Source: Candidatus Obscuribacteraceae bacterium
GTDB lineage: Bacteria > Cyanobacteriota > Vampirovibrionia > Obscuribacterales > Obscuribacteraceae
Assembly (NCBI GenBank): GCA_044226015.1
Contig: JBGAHS010000002.1
Location: forward strand, 883,435 to 947,434
Length of the DNA: 64,000 nt
Reading direction: 5' to 3'
Shown here: positions 51,201 through 60,100 of the stretch, piece after piece
How positions within the stretch are numbered: position 1 is the stretch's first letter
Layout of the letters: each line of letters starts with the position of its first letter
Program-made: the position numbers and the translations under genes
The notes under the pieces: model-generated
The model's database searches: none
Told to the model about the DNA's origin: nothing
The model's input: only the letters and a program-made list of their open reading frames with translations

Positions 51201-53075
51201 GCAGGTCAGAAAGATCTGGAAAAAGCACAAGGAGAATTGCAGGCTGAAAGAACCGCTCTTGAAGCAGCGAAATCGGCGTTGACTACCGAGAAAGAATCAG
51301 TCAGCAAACAAGCCGGAGAGATTCAACAAAGAAAAGAAACACTCGATGCAGAAAAAACTGCGCTCGACAAAGATAAAGCTAGCTTTGAAAAACAAAAAGG
51401 AGAAATAGACACTCAAAAAGGTGAAATCGCGAAACAAAGGGAGTCTCTGCAGGCAGAAGCAGAACGCCTTGCCAGCGAAAGAGAAAGACTTGATCGCGAC
51501 CATGAGACATTGAAGAAAGAACGCAGCCAATTCATGGATGCTCGATTTGGACAAGAGTCGAAAGATGTTGATCAAAGTGGGCTCGGTAAGGGCAGATGGG
51601 GTCAGCGTATCCAAGTCACAGAAGATGGACCGGGTTGGAGAGTAGTCGGAGACAAGGGCGATGCCTTCGTCATGCTCAACGAAGACACATTCTTGAAAGA
51701 TCGCCGCGCACAAACGCCTATCGCTAAGGAGGAGTTCGCGAAGAATTACGAACCAGTAAATGTCAAATTACCAGGCGAAGAGCCCGGTACAAAGTATGTT
51801 GTTGAAAAAGATGGTTCCAAAGTCTACTCAGTTGAGAATACAACTGATGGAAAAGTAAAGCTCACCAAGATTGGCGACACATCAATTGCAAATCCGAAGG
51901 GAGAAGGTTCTAGAACCTACTCTAAACTCATGGAGCAGGAAGCAAGACAAGCAGAAGGCAAAACAGAGCCAGCGCCCACTAAACCTGCACAAGTTGAAGA
52001 GAAGCCGGTAGAGAAAACCACTAGCGTTGCCGACATTCAGAAAACACTTGAGGGAAATGCAACGTTCCGCAAACTCACAGACGAACAAAGAATGACCGAT
52101 GCTCTAAAGCAGTTAACCGACCGCGCTCTTCAAAGATTGCCGCAAACAGCAGCCGAACAATCTGAGTTCCTCACCAAGCAGCTCAAATCAGCTATGCGCA
52201 AACAGCTAGGTGCATCAACCGATGCTGATTTACCTGAAGGACTACGCAGCGTACAAATCAAAGTTGTAGAAGCAGATGGCGCAGCACCGCGTGTGGTGCA
52301 GGGCGATCCATCCAATCCAGCAGTCATTGAAATTCCATCCAAGCTTCTCGCCGAGAATCCAAAGGGAGTGCTTGTGGACGCTTACACTCAAGCATCAGGA
52401 TTGAGCGTGGTCAACCTGCTGCATGAGAAAGGAAATCGTGCCGTCACAGTACGTTCAATTTCGCCTATGCTCAACCAGATTGCCACTCAAGCAGAGAAGA
52501 TTGTCGGTGCACGTTCACTCGCACTTCAATCTCAGGAAGCAGCACCTATCAATGCTGAAGCCGCCGCTTCTGATCGCAAGATTGCATTCGATCCTAAGAA
52601 ACCGCTTGTCACCGCCTGGGATGGTGAGAACCTCGCATTCGGTGGCGAACAATTCCATGTTCGCAGCGAAATCGACAAGCTAGAAAAAGAACGCGATTCT
52701 CGCGTGAAAGATCTTGAAGAGCAAACCAGAAAAGCTCGCGAACTTGCTGATACCTCCAAGAAAGAAGCTGACATTGCTGCTGCAAAAGCTCTTGAAACAC
52801 AGCTCGCCACCGAGAAACAGAACCTTCGCGTAGTGTCAGAACTCAAACTGGCAATGGAAGGCACTCGTGGAACACAGGCACAAGAACGCGCTCGCACGCT
52901 TGTAAGAGAAGCTGCAGATCGAGCCATCGCAGAACGCTTCAAATCTGGAGAAGGAGGAGGCGCAGGACTCTCTCGCGGAGCAGCCATCGCGATGGTTATC
53001 ACAACACTTGCCTTCATGTATGTTGGCACCAACGGACCAGCACAGGCTGACGAGTACAATACCAAGTTCCGCTAA
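45261..53075 (+). CDS. Giant coiled-coil protein, 2604 aa, with hydrophobic segments near both ends
   Basis: GGGAG RBS before ATG 45261; continuous heptads about 46410-51530; TM-like WIAGLTALAAGAYAL and GAAIAMVITTLAFMYVG. Confidence 0.85.
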   Translation: MPFDDNDKATKPKKTEADEYLGLIQRQQEEATRASDNLSQDAWTPPNLEAGKSSTDKSKPGDRVTTKIELSQVYPIGELDKRAQAWRDYGGLLSPFDPNSLRSRNGSTDQQQGGQPGAGGEKQPGDKKPGDQTQGPIPNPYEYEPPYKPGQDYQPPAQPEGKPAGSDAGQWIAGLTALAAGAYALSRTVKWLTREKDNVGPIVDKASVDRKAEYKDAKVVAQTKDSKEELNWKKFDGKEFETKDGKKVGIKDVDFKLQLPEGADKNAERALKAELELRLRGKGDLAEQARKLTVESDPSLKGKEEKLVYREGASGKDFEILGTRDGKLEIKDGPTDSRLVEPKAEDKIVYKTSPENEQAAKDKGKPFELLTRTLNNDTKPGASELGQLEKELKAKEQALKEEEARIKLEKDRLAKESTALGDKEKALGEKEGSLASEEQKLKEAEQKATETADKLAQKETTLSEQTRALDERRQKLESDQKALDAEKQKADADKTKIEAEETRQKQERESIDQKNRELADQARQLTDEKATLAADREALTGEKAKVNADRIALNTEKEQVAEQREALTKAREALTSQQAELQQKQDTLVKDQEQLAQDQREFQKKLDGFAKEQEALRKLQQQSEALQRDLDARKGELDKSTQKLESDRSALDKSKTEVAQEKQALEQQRDQQNADQAKIEERLRKLADQEVANKTKEEQLSSENQRLAGEREKLADQQKSLDGQKAQIAEDREVIEEARRGLDDRAKAIGQEESRLVEEKARLAQESKTLADERKVIEAEKRSNADTKTQLGEERTALEKQRGEIEAAREAIVRDRQALDAERLAFRTEAARTSAQLADEQQRLSTERQKLDGEKTELAKQKEESAATKRALEGEQAKLDERSRNLDAEQGRLAKLDSTLAEKEGKLNEQGSALQKEALALQTEREVLGQQKRELDEQSKQQKLSQAEIEKRNTEIADKDRELKTREEKLAKDNTALTEERSKLLTEKEAILADRQKLTEERQTFTTEKANLQAEQGKLADAQIRLNEKEQALAKSEEAILQRKGELDKAVAQLTADQAKLADAQKELKDSQEKVDARSKTLDTRAAAIEKSSSELAAAQETLKTEQTALERNREALETDRKQLEADKRTQGADAAKLAEREREITERKAALDASAEAQSKEAVRLAALSEQVSREQAELRISKTTLAADQEKLSAAQKVLSTDQEKLASERAQLTQDQEKNASEKATLLAEKEALGKEKETLASSKAQLESERSKLVEEKGRVASNKADLEKERARLTTEQQALDSAKAAFETETAQKSAELAGEKQALATERLTLESDRRKIEAQKTELDAQKRAQDTKETQLSEKQSGLATEAERIGKLSTEIEGRDKESKDRKAALDATAAEIQAAREKLSADQTKLTEDQAAAKKTAGELSAEQTRLSQLDESLKAKEAKLLGDRKAYEESNTKLLEDKAALLADQKKLAGDQEKLAAERTQLQTEKQQLNEERAALNANEQKLATAQEELNAKQTKLAQDLEQLKADQTKLAEAQKGLGEAQNQIGRRERQLDQRSSDLDRTAADLKAGQDALSKSQGDLQTKTEQLAADKRQLEEDRKAADADTSKLAEREKTISTREAELLAKTTANAKEAERLQAMNEKLNAQRGQIQLDKQALEQEKTKVSEAKQALDTDRQKLDAEKAALSTEKAGLEATKQSLQDQAKEIETARAEIKKTQGELATEKDALSKRAAELQQAQTQLDKDREAFEKEKATNAADLETKTKELADREKALQGEQTKLAEDNRKLETEKTSLKDQQTKLDSDRAALTGQQQELAKQQTQLGEKDSALKAQSTALETKAKEIEGNLTKLGTERQAIEDEKAQLEKDRVAVDADQKKIAERDHQLAERQTRLTEKESQLTRQGQEVQSQRQTLLADQEKLKSDQAAVAEQSAKVATDRVALNEQAQKLAAQQSDLLTRETTLKTGQEKLLADQLTLNSDKQILQAGQKDLEKAQGELQAERTALEAAKSALTTEKESVSKQAGEIQQRKETLDAEKTALDKDKASFEKQKGEIDTQKGEIAKQRESLQAEAERLASERERLDRDHETLKKERSQFMDARFGQESKDVDQSGLGKGRWGQRIQVTEDGPGWRVVGDKGDAFVMLNEDTFLKDRRAQTPIAKEEFAKNYEPVNVKLPGEEPGTKYVVEKDGSKVYSVENTTDGKVKLTKIGDTSIANPKGEGSRTYSKLMEQEARQAEGKTEPAPTKPAQVEEKPVEKTTSVADIQKTLEGNATFRKLTDEQRMTDALKQLTDRALQRLPQTAAEQSEFLTKQLKSAMRKQLGASTDADLPEGLRSVQIKVVEADGAAPRVVQGDPSNPAVIEIPSKLLAENPKGVLVDAYTQASGLSVVNLLHEKGNRAVTVRSISPMLNQIATQAEKIVGARSLALQSQEAAPINAEAAASDRKIAFDPKKPLVTAWDGENLAFGGEQFHVRSEIDKLEKERDSRVKDLEEQTRKARELADTSKKEADIAAAKALETQLATEKQNLRVVSELKLAMEGTRGTQAQERARTLVREAADRAIAERFKSGEGGGAGLSRGAAIAMVITTLAFMYVGTNGPAQADEYNTKFR

Positions 53076-53091
53076 TTTGCTATTGCGCAAA

Positions 53092-53646
53092 TCAAGTCCA
53101 GAGCTGTTTCGTCAACTCAACCATTTCTGATTCGCGTAGAGTTATCGCATAACCTTCACTCTCGAAAAGCCTGATGAGCTTGGCATTCGATTCAGCTGTG
53201 TTGTACACAATTTTTCTCACAGCAAATGTACGAAACCAGGTTTCCAATGCGTTCATGAGAGCGGTTGCTACTCCACTTCGCCTTGAATTGGAATCTACAA
53301 AAATAGTAGAAAAGAAACCATAAAAATCCCCGTTCTCATCGCGTTCTAACCTGCCTATCGCATGTCCACAAATTTCGTGTTTTGAGTCTTCGCAGACAAG
53401 AACTTTTCCGGTGGTCTGGGCTGACAAATGAAACAAGACTCTTTGCACCAGCCATTCCATGGAATACATCGACTTGCCCTTCTCGTCACCTAGCACTTCA
53501 ATCAACGTAAGTTGCATGCGTTTGGCAACGAGTTCCACTTCCTCGGTTGAGGACTGATCTAGATCGCGAATTATTCCGCCAGCAAGATCAAAGCGATGCA
53601 ATCTTTCGCTTCGACTTTTGTTTCGCTCTTCAATCATCTGATTCAC
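53092..53646 (-). CDS. GNAT-family acetyltransferase
   Basis: Acetyl-CoA motif FVDSNSRRSGVATALM and NAKLIRLFESEGY. Confidence 0.88.
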   Translation of the reverse strand: MNQMIEERNKSRSERLHRFDLAGGIIRDLDQSSTEEVELVAKRMQLTLIEVLGDEKGKSMYSMEWLVQRVLFHLSAQTTGKVLVCEDSKHEICGHAIGRLERDENGDFYGFFSTIFVDSNSRRSGVATALMNALETWFRTFAVRKIVYNTAESNAKLIRLFESEGYAITLRESEMVELTKQLWT

Positions 53647-54183
53647 TCATGGTTATGGCAGTTCGAGCTGTGCAATGGAGTTACATCATATCCAAAATGA
53701 GTGAATCCAGTTGAATTCTGGACGATATGTATCTTGGCAGTTTCATATACAAACAGCCAGATTGCGCGACTCAATAGTCCGACCATCTATTTACTCTATC
53801 GCGTTCAACCATTCAATAAATAGGTATTGAATCGAGAATACAAATAAAACACCAATGCACCAGATATCCGAAGTTACGCTCGGACAAAAGTAGAATGACC
53901 ATTAAATCTTTCGATCAGTGTTTCTTGCTGAAATCAGAAGTAGATCAATCCACCCAACAAGAAATACAGGTACGGCAACTGATCTCAGTTGAAGCCGAAG
54001 GAGTTACAGTCTTCACACTAAATCTGATTCTGGGTTCAAAAATAGAGCAAGTGACATTTCATCCCTATTTTAGTGGGGAGAAACCCCACTTCTACCTCCC
54101 CAATGTTCATGTATAATCTGCAAAAAAAGTTAGGACAAACGCGCCTACCTTATTTACATGCAAATTAGACTAGGAGAAACCTT

Positions 54184-57100
54184 ATGAAGCTCCGGAATCG
54201 TTTACTTCATGTGCCGGCCCTAGTTATGGGACCAGCACTTGCCTGGTCAAGTTTGCCGTGTTTTGCTGAGCTAAATCTGGATTTAGCTAGTAAAAACAGG
54301 ACTGTGGTTGTTGGTGCCGACCAGCTTTCAACGCCAACCACTATTCAGGCAGGTGGCAAAGCGCATGTAATCACGCCAGGGGCGATGCTCACTCCTGCTG
54401 AGTTCGTCGCATTAACACAAGTCATCAACACTGGAAAACAGGACCTCAAATTAGACGCGGCTGGAAGGGCATCTGGTGGCAGTTTCATTTTGAACAGCGT
54501 GCCAAATGTGGCTGACCTGAGTGGGCTTACGATACCATCACGAGTAACTGCTTTACATGATTTTGCGAGCACAGCTGGAACACTAAATCTGAGTGGCAAT
54601 CTCGTAAACAGTGGTAATTTCTTTGCTTTGTCCACTAACGCAGCCACGAACTCCGCTAACATTTCAGCAGCCAATATTTTCAACAATCCACACGCATTAC
54701 TTAGCACCGTGCTACCAGCCGGTGGACTCCCCTCATTTCTCAATGCTATTTCAAATTTGAATCTGAACTTGAATGCGGCTTCTAATATCATGAATGCCGG
54801 TACTATAACGAGCGCCGGAAGCCTGACCGCCACCGCCGGTGGTTCTATCATAAACGCACTCCCTACGGGCATCATAGGACTAGCTCCTGTAATGCAGGCG
54901 ACACAGAACTTAAATCTCAACACTTCGCACTTGGTCAATTCGGGCGTAATAACGTCGGCAAATGCAAACATCAATATTGTGAATCAGTCAATTTCCAATT
55001 TGTTAGTGAACAATCTGGGTGGCACCATGAAGGCTCTCTCAGGAAGCATTAATGTGGGCGACCTATTAACCACAACGAATGCCTCGTTGAGTGGAGGTAA
55101 CTGGCTCAGCAATTCGCTAAATATAAATGTAGGGAGTGAAGCAAATCTGAATATTGGACAGGTGAGCGGAATAATAAATGCTGCGGCAAACGACCTACAT
55201 ATCACCGCCAGCACTGACGCACTTCGCTTAGGAAACATATGCCTGAAGGGCGACCCAACCTTCTACAATCTAGCTGGAGATGTCCTGCTGAATGATGGTT
55301 TTGATTTGACCACAAACGGAGAAGATCTCGCAATTGTTGCCAAAGGCGATATCAAAGTTGATGATTTGGCCCTTAACCCGGTGCAAATCGACACTGACGG
55401 GGGAGACGTCTTGATGGTAGCCGGGGCAAATTTCACAGTGCCCTCTGGTGATGACATTACAATTTTCGGTACAAGTCCTGAAGGTGGAGAAATAGACCTT
55501 TCTACAGGACCAGGTTGTGACCTCTTCAACACAACACCCACGGCATCAAACTCCAATGGCGGCAATATTACGTTAGTGGCATTTGGTGGTGAATCTGGCA
55601 CATCGTCTGTTTTAGCAGGCAAAATCACTTTGCCTTTGCTTGGACTGAATGTAACTAGCGGCGGCACCGGGTCTGGTGCAAACGGCAACTTCACCGCAAT
55701 TGCTGGTGAACTATCAGCTGACTCCACTTCGATTATCATTGGTGGAGTAGATACAAGCGGTGGCACGGGTTCAGGTGGCCAAATAGGGCTGTACACCTCT
55801 ATTCCTGTATTGACAGTCGGAGGAAATCCAAGTTCTTCAATAGACATAGTGAACCACTCGCTGCTTGCAGGTCACGCAATCACAACTGATACTACAAAGA
55901 ATCTCCAGAACAACCACATAACTGCGTTCAGCCTCACGTCTACTGGTCGCCAAGGAACATCAGTTATTGCAGGTGGAAACATATTTTTTACAAACGCAAG
56001 CTATGTTCCCAACGGAAATGATGGACCACTGACTAATGTAGACGGACCACATATAGACCTCATCGGTGGAGCTAGCGGAATAGTTCATCAGTTGGGTGCA
56101 ACTCTAGCGCCTAATGCCCAGTTGAATATTCAGGCGGGCTCACAAGGGTTTATAAGTGATGGAGATATTTCTGCTGGTGATATCAAAGTAGAAAGCCAGG
56201 GAATCATTACGGTCAAAAATGTGACCAGCACCGCTGGGGCTTACACAATAAATGCAAAAGGCGAGCCGATTGAAGTTAAGTCTGCTTCGCTTCGATCCAT
56301 TGGTGCCAGTAGTGGAGACATAACAGTTCTGGGAACCATTTGTTGCAATCAAGTATTTTTGCAATCAACCTTCGGAAATGTTGGAAGTATCTCAAACAGG
56401 GTAAACATAGCCGCAAACGTGGCAGTGGATGTGGGGGTCAATAGCGGCAGCGCGTTTCTGACTGGACTTGGCGATCTGACTCTTTTCCCAACTAGTTTCG
56501 TAGGAAAGTTGAGTAGCAATACACTCGATGTTGAAACAAAAAACAATGGTGATATCGTCCTGGGTGGACTCGACTCATTTGGCGTATTTCTAACTGGCGC
56601 TGTTCCGAATATCAATTTCTTGGGTGGACAGAATTCGCTAAAACTCACTGCCGATGGAACAGGGGAAATCAGACAATCTGACTTTGTCCAAATCCACGCG
56701 GGGCAAGCAACTCTTACTTCGGGAACCGGTGACATTGGTTTTCACAACTTAGATGTTAATGGAAAAGAGACCGGACTCTGGATCTTCGCTTCTAGCATCG
56801 AAGCAAAAACGGGAGGCAACGTTTTCCTGACGCAAGCAACTGTTCCAGACGGCAAGCCTCGTGCATCAGTTCTCATCAATAACGTACCAATAGCCGATGG
56901 AAAATCATTCTTATACAGAACAGATTATTCAGCTACTCAGGTAGAACTAAGCAAGGTAAATGCCGGCAATAACTCAAGTATCACGGTAAATTCAGCTGGA
57001 AAAATTGTTGTTCTAGACAAAGTGAGTGTCGGCACCGGTTCGTCCATTGACATAGGTACGCAAAGTGACCTTGTTCTGTCAGCACCAACAGGTGTTGTAG

Positions 57101-60100
57101 AGGGCGACGTTGGCTCGAACATTACCTTAAATGCTGGAAAAAGCTTGCTTCAAGGAACGAGCGTGCTTGTTTCCGCAGGTGGTTCAATTTCGGTTACAAC
57201 AGGACAAGATATCCAGCCGACGTCAGCCACAGTTAAGCTTGGAGCGGGTTCCGTTTTTCTTGACGCCCCAGGTGATATCGGCAGTCCAAGTTCACCAATC
57301 AATACATTTACTGAAAAACTCACTGTCAATTCTTCGACAAATGCCTATATAAATTCTGAGGCATCTTTTCCAATGGAATTAGGCATTGTCAATTCAAACA
57401 ATTTCAATTTCACTACCGAAGGTGATCTCACTCTGACAAATTCAATGTCAGGTGCTGCCGCTTCCATAAGCAGTAATAGTGGTTCCATAACCGTCAACTC
57501 AAACATGAGTTTCGGTGCTCAAATTTCATTGATAGCTAACAAAGGCTCCATTACAAACAATGCAAATGGTCCAGTTATACAGATTGGTAAAACAGGCAGT
57601 CATGTATTCATCTCCACACCTCAGTTAAAAAACAATGGCATCATAGTTGGTGAAACCATCAATGTTAGCAGCCCCACAGGCATTGACTTGCATATTTCGG
57701 GTACAGGGAAATTCACGTCCAATGACACACGCCTTGCCGCGCCAGGTGATCTTGATGATACCAACACCATTACATTTGACAATCTTTCGAACCAGCACTT
57801 TTTCGGGCCAACAACCTTCATTGCCAATGGCGATTTACAGCCAAACATTTTGATTGACAATGCGGTCGTGGTAGTAGATTCTCCTCTCTCACTATTGGCA
57901 CACGGTTATACAAAGAATTTTGGAAGCTTAAGTGCCGATCCTATCAGGCTAATTACACCAAACGGGGCTGGGATAATTTCCGTAGGGCAAGGCGATGTTG
58001 TTCTTCAAAGCAATCTCATTTTTGAGGGAAAAAATCTCACAATCATATCTCCCGGAAATATTTTCGCTACCGCTGCAGTAACAAAAATAGAACTAAAGAG
58101 CAAAGACGGAACCGCAGGAAACCTTACCTTGATTGCTGGTTTTGATTTTACGAAGAGCCCAGCGGGAAGCCCCTTTGATCAAAGACTCACATTGAATTCG
58201 ATCAACACAGTGACTGGACCCTCTAGCCACGGGGGCTCCATTGTATTGCCCAAGGTAGCGATCGATACGTCAACCCAAGGTACCGGGTTTATCTCCGCAA
58301 TAGGTGGAAATGTAGTTGCAGTTGCACACAAAGGAAGTGAAAACATAGGCGCCATTTTACTCAAGTCTGTTACAGCAACAGGTGGCGCGCAAGGCAGGGG
58401 CGGAAACGTAACGTTGATTGGCCAAGGCGGAGTTAAAGCCACTGGACTCATTGATACCAGCGGTAGTACTGGTGGAAACGTCACAGTTGCTGGCGCAGAA
58501 CCCATCATTGTAGGTGGACCAATTGTCTTTCAAAATGGTTACTTACGCTCAGCTGGAGTGTTTGTCGCATTGCCAGTTGACGAAAAAAATGGTGCCAGCG
58601 TTATTATTGGAAGCACTAAAACAAGTGGGTCATTCAAGTTCGGCGGTGATGTTAACATCAGATCCGATTCGCAAGTCAGCGTCGGAAACATAACGGCAAC
58701 AGGAGCGGGCAAAGCCTTAGACGGAATCTCTGGTGGGTCCGTAACAATTTCTTCGCTGGCAAACCAGGTTAACGCAGCAAACATCGACGTTAGTGGCATG
58801 CCTTATGCTACATTTCCCACAGCTCCTGTTGTCTCTACTCATGCAGGGAGCATTGTAATAACGGCCTATTCTGGAATAAGCGTCGGAAACTTGATCGCTC
58901 ATGGAGGAGCCCGCCCAGGTAAGGGAAGCGGCGGAAATGGCGGCCAAGTATTTGCCTCAACCGCAAGCGATAACATCAAAGGTTATTTTACAGGATCGAT
59001 ATTAGTTGATGGATATATTGACACCAGAGGTGGTGACGGCAATCTGAAAGTAGATGACGGTTCATCAGGCGGAGCTGGTGGTTCTGTCTTCTTAAATGGT
59101 GGCACGGTTCAGGTGCTCAAGGCTCTTTCAAATGTCAGCATTAACGTGGCCGGCGGAACAGCCAAGAATTCAGCTAATGGAGGCAGCGGCGGCACAGTTC
59201 AAATCAACACATACGGCGTTCAGCCATTTCCCCGGAACTTTGATTTAATAAGCAGTATAGCTTCTGAAGCAGTTTTGCCGGGTGGACTATTCACAGTTGG
59301 CGCTCCAAAGGTCGGCACAGCTCTGGTAAATGCAGGCAAGCCTCCAATAAATGGTACCGTCGGATGGATAAACTCTGGGTCAATCACGCAGGCTTTGAAA
59401 GTTTCTAGCTTGACTGATACAAACCCAGCTGGTGACGAGTACAACCAGCTGGGAGTTAGTATCAACATCACAGGCGGCAGCGAAACCTATAAAGTGATTG
59501 TGAATGAATCTACGACCCCCGCTCTTCAATTCCGTTCCGGGACGGCAACGGTTTCGGGCTTGCGCCAATTCGTCACCCCTGCAGCTGCGGTAGCCCTCTA
59601 TCAAGTATCAAGAGGTCTAGATCAGCAGATAGGAGTCCTCGGAAGCAATGGAGTTGGTGTAGGGCGAAATCCACAATTCTCCACCACGACTCCTGGATTC
59701 TCACCGGCAATCATTCAAGTAGATGAAAGGGATATTCGAGGTCGATTTACGAACTTCAATCTCAGCGTTCTCAATACAACAAATTCAGCGTTAGCTGGAG
59801 ACGCTGAACTAAATGTCAGCGGTCTTTTACCGGTGATTGATCTCTCGCTGACAAAACAGAAATCGATAAACGGACGCGTCATGTTTGAGACACCAGATGC
59901 GGTGTCTATGATCTTCGGCGCCAAGTCGCTCGGTTCCCCATTGGGTAGCATTACGACAGCTCCCACTGGAACACTGGTGATTGGAACCACTGAGGCAAAG
60001 ATACTGAATCTAGGAAAGATCGGGGCAGGTAAAATTGCTTTTCTTGGTACTGGAAGCTCATTGATGATCGACAACGGACTCTACAGCCCTTCGCCGGCTA

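Noticed and set aside
45261..53075. SMC or phage tape-measure annotation
   Set aside because: No Walker A/B or hinge motifs; composition is highly charged; no phage structural genes nearby
53895..54116. 73-aa ORF upstream of the adhesin
   Set aside because: No RBS or motif; its end overlaps a hairpin (54072-54090) and a TATAAT box likely belonging to the adhesin promoter
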